Virus record (IMG/VR): IMGVR_UViG_3300045988_108820
Coordinates: 1 to 64,000 of that record
Length of the DNA stretch: 64,000 nucleotides
DNA from: a virus
Strand: one strand, 5' to 3'
Shown here: positions 34,224-41,240 of the stretch, one piece after another
Layout: each line of letters opens with the position of its first letter
Position numbering within the stretch: the first letter of the stretch is position 1
Made by a program: the position numbers and the translations under genes
Notes under the pieces: generated by a model
Seen by the model: only the letters and a program-made list of their open reading frames with translations
Database searches by the model: none
Told to the model about the DNA's origin: nothing

Positions 34224-34418
34224 CTAAAGGTTGTCCCAGTAATGTTCATAATTACTATTTAATTCTTTCTCAATAAGTATAGCATCTTGAAGATAAGCTT
34301 TTAAAAATTGCGAACAATCATCAAATGAATTAATATTTCCTTCAAATTCAATATTTAACCATTGTTCACAATATTTTATATCTTCTCTTTGCTTTTCTGT
34401 TGATTTAAGAAGTCTCAT
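34224..34418 (-). CDS. hypothetical protein (64 aa)
   Basis: Intact ORF between tRNA blocks. Confidence 0.45.
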   Translation of the reverse strand: MRLLKSTEKQREDIKYCEQWLNIEFEGNINSFDDCSQFLKAYLQDAILIEKELNSNYEHYWDNL

Positions 34419-34423
34419 CGTAA

Positions 34424-34732
34424 TTATAATTTTAATAACCTTTTAATTTTAGTCCATAATGAGCACTTTATAGATTTACTTTGTATGCCTTTGCCTGACT
34501 TTCTATTATTATAGATAGCATTTGGACTAACTACCATAAATGAAACTTTTAATTTTGAGGGATCTTTAGAAGGAGCTAGTACTTGATACCAATGTATTCT
34601 ACAAGCAGCTTCTGTCCTATTTAGATCTTTACTTACTTCCCTAAAAGCTTTATTAATGTTTTGAGGATAGGCTTCTATAGCCTGGACTAAAACTTTGTTT
34701 TCCTCATCAGTCCAATACTTTCTTTTTGTCAT
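34424..34732 (-). CDS. Myb/SANT-like DNA-binding domain protein
   Basis: YWTDEENKVLVQAIEAY...RTEAACRIHWYQVL fits the W..eE...L....G..W......RT...C..RW repeat pattern. Confidence 0.55.
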   Translation of the reverse strand: MTKRKYWTDEENKVLVQAIEAYPQNINKAFREVSKDLNRTEAACRIHWYQVLAPSKDPSKLKVSFMVVSPNAIYNNRKSGKGIQSKSIKCSLWTKIKRLLKL

Positions 34733-34768
34733 ACTTTATTACTTTGTTTCTTGTTTTTATTTATTTTG

Positions 34769-34840
34769 TACCCCTAGTAAGACTCGAACTTACATTTCAA
34801 GTTTAGGAAACTTGAGTTCTATCCTTTGAACTATAGGAGT
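34769..34840 (-). tRNA. tRNA-Arg(CCU)
   Basis: Acceptor ACTCCTA/TAGGGGT, anticodon arm CAAGT-TTCCTAA-ACTTG, T arm GTAAG-TTCGAGT-CTTAC. Confidence 0.8.
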
Positions 34841-34846
34841 TAATAG

Positions 34847-34920
34847 TCTTCCCAGTGAGACTCGAACTCACAACTTATGCTTTAGAAGAGCATTACTCTA
34901 ATCCATTGAGTTATGGGAAG
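34847..34920 (-). tRNA. tRNA-Arg(UCU)
   Basis: Acceptor CTTCCCA/TGGGAAG, anticodon arm ATGCT-CTTCTAA-AGCAT, T arm GTGAG-TTCGAGT-CTCAC. Confidence 0.85.
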
Positions 34921-34923
34921 ATA

Positions 34924-35038
34924 GTGCAGAGATTAGACTAAAAAATACTTAGTGCATTCTACTATGCTATCCATTCTATTGGCACAGGAGTTTGTCACCT
35001 GTTCTCTAAGTATTAGTTTTAGAAAAGAATCTCTGCAC
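34924..35038. ncRNA. 115-nt rod-like structured element (nested inverted repeats) within the tRNA block
   Basis: Outer 11-bp arms GTGCAGAGATT/AATCTCTGCAC, then CTAAAA/TTTTAG, TACTTAG/CTAAGTA, and an inner hairpin ACAGG-AGTTTGTCA-CCTGT. No ORF. Confidence 0.45.
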
Positions 35039-35170
35039 ATGGCACGTGAATTTGTAATTTATAGGCAATACTAGACCTATAAATTTTGGTTCTACCTTTT
35101 ATTGTACAATTATTTTGATAGCCTGGAATTATTTGGATTTGGTAATTATAGTATTCTATTCCACCCATGT

Positions 35171-35242
35171 GGGCTAGTAGAGGATTGAACTCTAAACCTT
35201 CACAGTATCAGTGTGATGCTCTAACCAATTGAGCTACTAGCC
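35171..35242 (-). tRNA. tRNA-Ile(GAU)
   Basis: Acceptor GGCTAGT/ACTAGCC, anticodon arm TCACA-CTGATAC-TGTGA, T arm AGAG(T)-TTCAATC-CTCT. Confidence 0.85.
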
Positions 35243-35343
35243 TATAATGCTATTGTTTCACAACAACAGCATTAATAAAACAGTATTAACAACCAAAACA
35301 GTATTAATAAGACAAATTAACTTTAATGAAACCTACATAGATT

Positions 35344-35583
35344 CTATTCTTTATCTATTTTAAATAATTTATTGCATAAGTTAAAGCCTGAAATTATTTT
35401 GAGTTCAGGTTCAGTTATTAATAAAGCACAAGCTAATATTAATAAAGTATCTAATACTACTGTACTTAAGAAAATAAAATATCCCTTGTCTGCTATACTA
35501 TCTATACCACATATTGAAAACCATACTACTAGTATAGTAATCCACAATAAGATACCTTTTACAATTAATTTAATTCTTTTCAT
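35344..35583 (-). CDS. small membrane protein (79 aa, 2 TM helices)
   Basis: Hydrophobic segments GILLWITILVVWFSICGI and IFLSTVVLDTLLILACALLI. Confidence 0.5.
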   Translation of the reverse strand: MKRIKLIVKGILLWITILVVWFSICGIDSIADKGYFIFLSTVVLDTLLILACALLITEPELKIISGFNLCNKLFKIDKE

Positions 35584-35878
35584 TGCTCTTGAAGTTTAGT
35601 TCTTTGTGTATTTGTTCTTTTATTTCTTTTGAAAGATATTGTTTATAAATTTTTCCAGTCCTCTTTGATTTTTTATTTACATAGACTGCCCCACTATTAG
35701 TAATATAAATAGGGTATTTATTACCACTTTTATCTTCCCAAATATATTTAGTTTGTTGTCCTTCACTCTTTGTAGTTTGAGAAGTTACAACTTTAAAGGT
35801 ATTACCTTCTCTTGTTACTTGAGCACAGCTTGTACAGCTTAATAAAGCTATAAACAAGCAGAAAATGAACTTTTTCAT
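35570..35878 (-). CDS. putative lipoprotein (102 aa)
   Basis: Signal peptide with a lipobox, MKKFIFCLFIALLSC. Confidence 0.55.
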   Translation of the reverse strand: MKKFIFCLFIALLSCTSCAQVTREGNTFKVVTSQTTKSEGQQTKYIWEDKSGNKYPIYITNSGAVYVNKKSKRTGKIYKQYLSKEIKEQIHKELNFKSNEKN

Positions 35879-36072
35879 TGTTTATTTTGTTTATTTTGTA
35901 TTATATACTTTATAAATATTACATAAGCTAACCATAATACTGCTATTTCTATTAATCCTAATATAGATTTTTGAAGTAAATAAATCATAATTTTAATTTT
36001 TTAAATCAGTAGAAATAGTTATATATTATTATTTTTACAAAGTTCTTGCAAAGGAAAAAGATAGATTGGAAT

Positions 36073-36117
36073 GGGAAAGATGATAGTTTATAAAATTTGC
36101 TTGACTATCATCTTCCC
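36073..36117 (-). terminator. rho-independent terminator of gene 36129..36440
   Basis: 14-bp stem GGGAA(A)GATGATAGT/ACTATCATCTTCCC directly after the stop codon. Confidence 0.6.
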
Positions 36118-36128
36118 AATATCAAATC

Positions 36129-36440
36129 TTAGAGACCAAGGTCTACATCTTCCCAAGAGCTATTACCTGGTTTGCAAAGCTTGAAGGTTCCTGACTCAAG
36201 CTCAACAACTTGCAAGCTGTCTTTCTGAGTAGCAATTTGCTGAGGTGTAAGCTCTCCAAGGTTAGAGCTGAAAGCTACAAGAGTAGTAACACCTTCAGAA
36301 TTAACAAAGGCACAAGACTTGAAAGGTTCACCAGTTTCCCTGTTTACAAAAGGAGCAACCTTCATCTTACCATGTGCTCTTGCAAAAGAAATCAAAGACC
36401 AAGAATTCTTAATACCTACATTCTGTGCTGTATTAGCCAT
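36129..36440 (-). CDS. small protein, paralog 1 of a duplicated 103-aa family
   Basis: About 70% identical by eye to 37288..37599 (shared blocks VGIKNS.SLISFA, HG.MKVAPF, VTTLVAFSSNLGELTP, LQVVELE.G.FKLCK.G...WEDVDLGL); own promoter-like element and terminator. Confidence 0.75.
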   Translation of the reverse strand: MANTAQNVGIKNSWSLISFARAHGKMKVAPFVNRETGEPFKSCAFVNSEGVTTLVAFSSNLGELTPQQIATQKDSLQVVELESGTFKLCKPGNSSWEDVDLGL

Positions 36441-36548
36441 AATAAACTATCCATTTCAGGACTACTGCATAAATTAAAGTATTATGCTACCTAGCTGCAT
36501 TACTAAATTAGATCATCAGAGACAGCTAACTTCTGATTAATCTTTTTC

Positions 36549-36583
36549 TATCAAAATATAGGTGGAGTTCTGTTTAGATTAGA
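36549..36583 (-). promoter_or_regulatory. conserved promoter-like element, copy 1
   Basis: Minus strand TCTAATCTAAACAGAACTCCACCTATATTTTGATA; near-identical to copy 2 and related to copy 3. Confidence 0.45.
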
Positions 36584-36814
36584 ACTTAACACAATATAAA
36601 CTTATCACACTAAGCTATTGTTATGATTAGATTAGTTTAGTGTTAAATTACTAACACTATTAATATGGCATAACTTTTCTATTCTATGCAATAGTTTACA
36701 TGATTTAAACCTAACAATATTGCTCTAAGAAAGAAAAGAACCAAAAGAAAGAAACTATTATTTATTATTAATTTATATATTCCTAAAAGAAAGAAATATA
36801 TAAAGAAAGAAAAG

Positions 36815-36851
36815 GGTTTAAAAATAGTGTAAAGTTTGCACTCTACACTAT
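36815..36851 (-). terminator. terminator-like hairpin after gene 36861..37160
   Basis: 8-bp stem ATAGTGTA/TACACTAT followed on the minus strand by TTTT and T-rich sequence. Confidence 0.45.
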
Positions 36852-36860
36852 TTGTATTTA

Positions 36861-37160
36861 TCACTCACCTTTCAAGGTTGCAATGAGTTCATTCCTTACA
36901 TAGTTTGGCATCATTATGCAAGGGAAACTATCATTAAAGCTCATAGGACTCTCTACAACATGGAGGTCAAAGAAGCCCCTAGCACTAGAAGAAATAGATA
37001 TAGGAGTATTATCTCTTATAATTCCAAATTCTTCATAAGTAAGGTCTGTCTTAGTTATTTCAAGAACATCACCTTGAAACATAATAGTATCAAAAAGATA
37101 ATTTACAAGTTCATTACATACAAACTCTATAAGTTCATCACAGCTGTTCAAGACTCTCAT
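36861..37160 (-). CDS. hypothetical protein (99 aa) between the two paralogs
   Basis: Minus frame chosen over the mirror plus ORF 36852..37172 because it has the conserved upstream element and a downstream hairpin. Start moved to ATG (MRVLNS). Confidence 0.45.
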   Translation of the reverse strand: MRVLNSCDELIEFVCNELVNYLFDTIMFQGDVLEITKTDLTYEEFGIIRDNTPISISSSARGFFDLHVVESPMSFNDSFPCIMMPNYVRNELIATLKGE

Positions 37161-37213
37161 AGTAAAGTATAGTTTCCACACTAGAGCAAACTAAAAAAGC
37201 TTTAAGTTATTTA

Positions 37214-37247
37214 TATCAAATTATAGGTGGAGTGTTGTTTGATTAGA
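37214..37247 (-). promoter_or_regulatory. conserved promoter-like element, copy 2
   Basis: Minus strand TCTAATCAAACAACACTCCACCTATAATTTGATA, 54 nt upstream of ATG 37160. Confidence 0.45.
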
Positions 37248-37251
37248 TAAA

Positions 37252-37278
37252 TAAAAAGAGAGGAGCTAAGCTCCCCTC
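37252..37278 (-). terminator. rho-independent terminator of gene 37288..37599
   Basis: GC-rich stem GAGAGGAGC-TAA-GCTCCCCTC followed on the minus strand by TTTTTATTT. Confidence 0.55.
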
Positions 37279-37287
37279 CCATCACTC

Positions 37288-37599
37288 TCAGAGTCCAAGG
37301 TCTACATCCTCCCAAGTGTCATGACCTGCCTTGCACAACTTGAAGTGTCCATTCTCCAGCTCAACCACTTGAAGTTCATCCTTCTGTGCTGCAATCTCTG
37401 CTGGAGTTAACTCACCAAGATTGCTACTAAAGGCTACCAAAGTTGTTACTTCATCAGAGTCAATGAATACACAACTCTTGAAATGCTCTCTGGTTTGCTT
37501 GTTGATGAATGGAGCTACTTTCATTCTGCCGTGAGTTTTAGCAAATGAGATTAATGACCGTGAGTTCTTGATACCTACTTCTGTTGCTGTTGTTGCCAT
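37288..37599 (-). CDS. small protein, paralog 2 of the duplicated 103-aa family
   Basis: See 36129..36440. Confidence 0.75.
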   Translation of the reverse strand: MATTATEVGIKNSRSLISFAKTHGRMKVAPFINKQTREHFKSCVFIDSDEVTTLVAFSSNLGELTPAEIAAQKDELQVVELENGHFKLCKAGHDTWEDVDLGL

Positions 37600-37691
37600 A
37601 ATTATACATTTTAAGGGTTAATAATCAAAAGTATGTAAGAGTCATGCTAAGATTAGATACCTCAGCAAAGACCCCAGGGGATTATCCCCAT

Positions 37692-37727
37692 TTCCAAAAG
37701 CTGGGTGGGGTGCTGTTGTAGATTATA
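37692..37727 (-). promoter_or_regulatory. conserved promoter-like element, diverged copy 3
   Basis: Minus strand TATAATCTACAACAGCACCCCACCCAGCTTTTGGAA; same register of TAATC...CA.CAC.CCACC....TTTG. Confidence 0.35.
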
Positions 37728-37778
37728 CCACACTCCTACACATCAAATAAAAAAAAATAAAAAAAATTTCAAAAAAAA

Positions 37779-37810
37779 TTTGGTAATTACAAAAATTATC
37801 TATAACTTTG
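37779..37810 (+). promoter_or_regulatory. canonical Bacteroidota sigma-A type promoter heading the plus-strand arm
   Basis: TTTG (37779-82), a 20-nt spacer, then TAACTTTG (37803-10), which fits TAnnTTTG; preceded by phased A-tracts. Confidence 0.6.
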
Positions 37811-37949
37811 CATAGTTAATTAATAATAATAGTCCCAACTATTAATAGTAATAACACTTAATGGGGCTTTAACCTTTCTGAGAGGTTGATGTTGTTTGTT
37901 GTTTGTGTTAATTAAACCTCCTTAATCTGGGAAGATGGAAGAGGTACAT

Positions 37950-38021
37950 GGAGCCATCATCTAATGGTTAGGATACAAGATTTTCAACCTTGAAATAGGG
38001 GTTCAATTCCCCTTGGCTCTT
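37950..38021 (+). tRNA. tRNA-Glu(UUC)
   Basis: Acceptor GGAGCCA/TGGCTCT, anticodon loop TTTTCAA (31-39 A.C mismatch), T arm AGGGG-TTCAATT-CCCCT. Confidence 0.75.
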
Positions 38022-38026
38022 CAATA

Positions 38027-38098
38027 GACTATGAAGTGTAATGGTTTTGCATACCACACTGTCAATGTGGTGGATGGGGTTCAATTCCCCCATAGTCT
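38027..38098 (+). tRNA. tRNA-Asp(GUC)
   Basis: Acceptor GACTATG/CATAGTC, anticodon arm CCACA-CTGTCAA-TGTGG, T loop TTCAATT. Confidence 0.75.
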
Positions 38099-38101
38099 GC
38101 T

Positions 38102-38296
38102 ATGATAAAAATATTAAGAAAGGAGGGTTGGATATTAAACCCTAATGATAAAATAGTAAATGCTATTTTAAAAAGAGTAGAATTAAATAATGGAGAGTGT
38201 CCTTGTCAAAATGATAGTAGTGATAAGCATTGTCCATGTACAGATTATAGAGATAAAAACTTATGTCATTGTAATCTCTATATCAAGTCAGAGTAA
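38102..38296 (+). CDS. ferredoxin-thioredoxin reductase catalytic-subunit-like small Cys protein
   Basis: CPCQ...CPC...CHCNLY spacing matches the FTR beta-chain CPC/CPC/CHC signature. Confidence 0.55.
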   Translation: MIKILRKEGWILNPNDKIVNAILKRVELNNGECPCQNDSSDKHCPCTDYRDKNLCHCNLYIKSE

Positions 38297-38319
38297 TATC
38301 TACTCTAGAACTAACTAAG

Positions 38320-38391
38320 GGGTGAGTGATGTAATTGGTAACATACTTCCTTTGCAAGGAAGAATTAAGGGTTCAAATCCCTCTTGCTCCA
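38320..38391 (+). tRNA. tRNA-Ala(UGC)
   Basis: D arm ATGT-AATTGGTA-ACAT, anticodon arm CTTCC-TTTGCAA-GGAAG, T loop TTCAAAT. The acceptor register is ambiguous (one register gives G3.U70). Confidence 0.7.
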
Positions 38392-38553
38392 CAATATTAA
38401 CTATAATTTATTAATATGAAAAAGATTTTATCTTTATTTAAAAGGGGACTTAATGCCTATTTAAATGCATTAGCTAAATGTCCTTATGTACCGTCAGGAA
38501 CTATCCCAATGGGAGTTTAGTTCCTTTAATTTAGAATTAATACTATAATATAT

Positions 38554-38626
38554 TGGCATATAGTATAAAGGTTTATTACGATTGACTGTTAATCAATGAA
38601 TCAAGGTTCGAGTCCTTGTATGCCAG
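38554..38626 (+). tRNA. tRNA-Asn(GUU)
   Basis: Acceptor TGGCATA/TATGCCA, anticodon arm ATTGA-CTGTTAA-TCAAT, T arm CAAGG-TTCGAGT-CCTTG. Confidence 0.85.
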
Positions 38627-38647
38627 CATAGAAAAATAATATATAAT

Positions 38648-38878
38648 ATGTGGTTATTGGAAAGTAATAGATCTAAACACCTACTTTATGCAATACCTTC
38701 AGCCTATATAGGTACTATATTATTTAGTACTGGTTTAGCTTTTGGTATGGAGTTTAAAGATAAACAATATGGTGGTAAATTTGATTGGCTTGATATAGCT
38801 GCTACTATGATAGGTGGTATAGTTGGTCAATTATTGCAGGTTAGTATGATAAGTTTAATCTATTTAACATTTAATTAA
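38648..38878 (+). CDS. small membrane protein (76 aa)
   Basis: Two hydrophobic helices (IGTILFSTGLAFG, IAATMIGGIVGQLLQV). Confidence 0.45.
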   Translation: MWLLESNRSKHLLYAIPSAYIGTILFSTGLAFGMEFKDKQYGGKFDWLDIAATMIGGIVGQLLQVSMISLIYLTFN

Positions 38879-38979
38879 TATGGAAGCACTTAATGTTATA
38901 ATTGGTATTGTAGGTAATGCAATAGTACTAGGTCTTATGTATTATTTTCTGGTAAAAAAGAAAGAATAATACTTAGGAT

Positions 38980-39065
38980 GCCTCCATGTTGGAATTAGTA
39001 GACAAGTTAGACTTAAAATCTAATAATCAGTAATGATTATGTGGGTGCAAGTCCCACTGGAGGTA
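38980..39065 (+). tRNA. tRNA-Leu(UAA), type II (second copy, opposite strand to 33180..33263)
   Basis: Acceptor GCCTCCA/TGGAGGT, anticodon arm TTAGA-CTTAAAA-TCTAA, long variable arm, T arm GTGGG-TGCAAGT-CCCAC. Confidence 0.8.
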
Positions 39066-39132
39066 CTATAGCAGCTCTTGAAGGGTGTAGAAAAGCATAG
39101 ACTTACTAGACTATTTAGACAATCTGCTATAA

Positions 39133-39215
39133 ACCCACTTGCTGGAATTGGTAGACAGGCTAGACTTAGGATCTAGTATCTAAATGATGTAAGAGTTCAA
39201 GTCTCTTAGTGGGTA
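39133..39215 (+). tRNA. tRNA-Leu(UAG), type II
   Basis: Acceptor ACCCACT/AGTGGGT, anticodon arm CTAGA-CTTAGGA-TCTAG, T arm AGAG(T)-TTCAAGT-CTCT. Confidence 0.8.
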
Positions 39216-39247
39216 CTAAAAATAATTATAAAAAACTTATAAAAAAG

Positions 39248-39278
39248 TTTGTAATTTCAAATAAATTACTTATCTTTG
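39248..39278 (+). promoter_or_regulatory. canonical Bacteroidota-type promoter in front of tRNA-Thr/Met
   Basis: TTTG (39248-51), a 19-nt spacer, then TATCTTTG (39271-78); the tRNA starts 15 nt downstream. Confidence 0.6.
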
Positions 39279-39292
39279 TAATTGTTGAAGAT

Positions 39293-39364
39293 GGTCTCTT
39301 AGTATAAAGGTTAATATCCTTGCTTTGTAACCAAGGGATGTAAGTTCGATTCTTACAGGGACCT
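39293..39364 (+). tRNA. tRNA-Thr(UGU)
   Basis: Acceptor GGTCTCT/AGGGACC, anticodon loop TTTGTAA with a 31-39 C.C mismatch, T arm GTAAG-TTCGATT-CTTAC. Confidence 0.7.
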
Positions 39365-39370
39365 CAATAT

Positions 39371-39443
39371 ACAGGGATGTTAGCAGTGGTAGCTAGTTAG
39401 CCTCATAAGCTAAAGGTCGTGGGTTCGACTCCCACTCCCTGAA
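39371..39443 (+). tRNA. tRNA-Met(CAU) (or Ile2/initiator type; acceptor register irregular)
   Basis: D arm TAGC-AGTGGTA-GCTA, anticodon arm TTAGC-CTCATAA-GCTAA, T arm GTGGG-TTCGACT-CCCAC. The top of the acceptor stem is mismatched. Confidence 0.7.
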
Positions 39444-39515
39444 CAAATTAAAATTAATAAATATATCTTCTTTGAAGAATACTTTATCTAGTGTATCATA
39501 TATAAAAATAACACT

Positions 39516-39719
39516 ATGGGAGACAAGAAAGAGTTTAATGATGAACCTGTTTTCTATTGTAAAAATTGTTTATCTTTAAAAATAAAGACAGTTCCAGGCA
39601 TGATAGAGTTAGACTACTGTGATGACTGTGGAGCAACTGATATATCTAAAACTGATATAGAAACATGGAGACAATTATATAAAGATAGATTTGGTTTTGA
39701 TTATTTAGATAAATTTTAA
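39516..39719 (+). CDS. zinc-ribbon protein (67 aa)
   Basis: CKNC...CDDC pairs. Confidence 0.55.
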   Translation: MGDKKEFNDEPVFYCKNCLSLKIKTVPGMIELDYCDDCGATDISKTDIETWRQLYKDRFGFDYLDKF

Positions 39720-39720
39720 T

Positions 39721-39951
39721 ATGGAAGAGAAAAAATTAACAGTAGAGCAGATTAAAGCTGCTGCAAATGAACAAATTGGTATTTTATATCAAAAGTTACA
39801 AGAAGCTAATTTAGCTAATACCTTTAAGAGACTTGATTATCTATTCAAGATAGTTGAAGGTAAATTTAATGAGGAACTAAAAAATAAAGCAATAGTAGAA
39901 ATTGACAATATTATATTTGGGTATCCTCAAGAAGATAAACAGGAGAAGTAA
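39721..39951 (+). CDS. hypothetical protein (76 aa)
   Basis: Intact ORF abutting its neighbours. Confidence 0.5.
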   Translation: MEEKKLTVEQIKAAANEQIGILYQKLQEANLANTFKRLDYLFKIVEGKFNEELKNKAIVEIDNIIFGYPQEDKQEK

Positions 39952-39954
39952 ACA

Positions 39955-40341
39955 ATGATTGGGAAAGTTAATAATGTAATAGGACTTTCCCAGTCACCAT
40001 TAGGTGATGAGTTCTTTAAATACTGGTTTATATTTCTAAGACCATTACACCATCTCACTGATAGAGAAATAGATGTGATAGCATCTTTTACTAAACATAG
40101 ATACAACCTATCTAAAGTAATAACTGATAATAGCTTATTAGATACTGTTCTCATGAGTGAGGAAACTAAAAGAAAGGTCAGAGAAGATTGTAATATAACT
40201 TTAGCCCATTTTCAAGTTATCATGGGAAAATTAAGAAAGAATAAAGTTATTATAGACAATAAAATAAATCCTAAACTTATTCCTAATATAGATAAAGATT
40301 CAAAAGGTCTACAATTATTAGTTTTATTTCCAATAAAATGA
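39955..40341 (+). CDS. hypothetical protein (128 aa)
   Basis: Intact ORF; the antisense ORF 39927..40154 is judged a shadow. Confidence 0.5.
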   Translation: MIGKVNNVIGLSQSPLGDEFFKYWFIFLRPLHHLTDREIDVIASFTKHRYNLSKVITDNSLLDTVLMSEETKRKVREDCNITLAHFQVIMGKLRKNKVIIDNKINPKLIPNIDKDSKGLQLLVLFPIK

Positions 40342-40610
40342 ATAAGAGCATTATTCTAAATGCATCTAGAACTCTAAAAATATCACCTGATGTTGTTGAG
40401 AAAGTTTATAAAGCTTATTGGTTATATATAAAAACAACTATAGAAGCTTTACCATTAAAAGAGGAACTTGATGAAGAAAGTTTCTTAAAGTTGAGAACTA
40501 ATTTTAATATTCCGTCACTTGGAAAGTTGAATTGTACACTATCTAAATACAATGGAATTAAAAATAGGTTTAAGTTAATAAATATTATTAGAAATGCTAA
40601 AGATAAATAG
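40338..40610 (+). CDS. hypothetical protein, weak HU/IHF-like layout
   Basis: An MNK... start, a helical N-half and FNIPSLGKLNC resemble HU (..V.L.GFG.F.V), but the beta-arm RNP.TG is absent. Confidence 0.3.
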   Translation: MNKSIILNASRTLKISPDVVEKVYKAYWLYIKTTIEALPLKEELDEESFLKLRTNFNIPSLGKLNCTLSKYNGIKNRFKLINIIRNAKDK

Positions 40611-41016
40611 TATTAAACCATTATTTAATAAAATAGTAACTACTTGTGATGTTTATACATCAGATAAAACACAAGGAGGTATTATTTTAAAAACAAATGG
40701 CACAATTAAGGAGTATCAAAGGGTTGAAGCAATTGGTTCAACTGTAAGAGATATAAAGGTTGGAGACCTAGTACTTATTAATCCTAAGAGATACATTGTT
40801 CCTCAACATAGAGAGAAAAAAGATGAATCTCTGAGAGGTATTATTAGTGATGAATTAACCATGGATGTTGATTTTCCTATGGTTGAATATGGTGGTAAAA
40901 AACACTTACTCATTTATGATCAAGACATTGATTATATTATTGATGGAGAGGAAGTTAAAGATGAGCAACCTAAGTCCTCATTGATACTCCCAGAGGACAA
41001 GAAAATTATTGTTTAA
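40594..41016 (+). CDS. GroES/gp31-like co-chaperonin
   Basis: IKPLFNKIVTT / TQGGIIL / RVEAIGS / IKVGDLVLIN / LLIYDQDIDYII align block-for-block with GroES IRPLHDRVIVK / SAGGIVL / EVLAVGN / VKVGDIVIFN / VLIMSESDILAIV. Confidence 0.65.
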   Translation: MLKINSIKPLFNKIVTTCDVYTSDKTQGGIILKTNGTIKEYQRVEAIGSTVRDIKVGDLVLINPKRYIVPQHREKKDESLRGIISDELTMDVDFPMVEYGGKKHLLIYDQDIDYIIDGEEVKDEQPKSSLILPEDKKIIV

Positions 41017-41027
41017 TATATAAGCTC

Positions 41028-41240
41028 ATGATTAAATTCATGAGCTTTTTTAGTTTTTACTTTGATATGAAGAAATGCAGTAAATGTAATAGACTTTTAC
41101 CAGAAAGTTCTTTTAAACTTAGGAAAGGTAAACTATATTATATGTGCAGAGAATGCGAAAAAGAGTACATGAGAGATAATCATATGAATATTATAAAATT
41201 AGCTAACTATTTGATAAAGGATGAAACTGTTCAGATATGA
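41028..41240 (+). CDS. zinc-finger protein (70 aa)
   Basis: CSKC...CREC. Confidence 0.5.
   Translation: MIKFMSFFSFYFDMKKCSKCNRLLPESSFKLRKGKLYYMCRECEKEYMRDNHMNIIKLANYLIKDETVQI

Noticed and set aside
36679-37172. ORF 36679..36864 (minus) and the mirror ORF 36852..37172 (plus)
   Set aside because: 36679..36864 spans a purine-rich (GAAA)n spacer and a terminator hairpin, and its translation is a low-complexity Phe/Leu/Ile string. For 36852..37172, the minus-strand frame fits the conserved upstream element and the downstream terminator.
34786-39345. ACTTACA/TGTAAGT strings inside tRNA-Arg(CCU) and tRNA-Thr
   Set aside because: They are parts of the T-arm stems (GTAAG-TTCGA.T-CTTAC), so the resemblance to the cassette core is coincidental.
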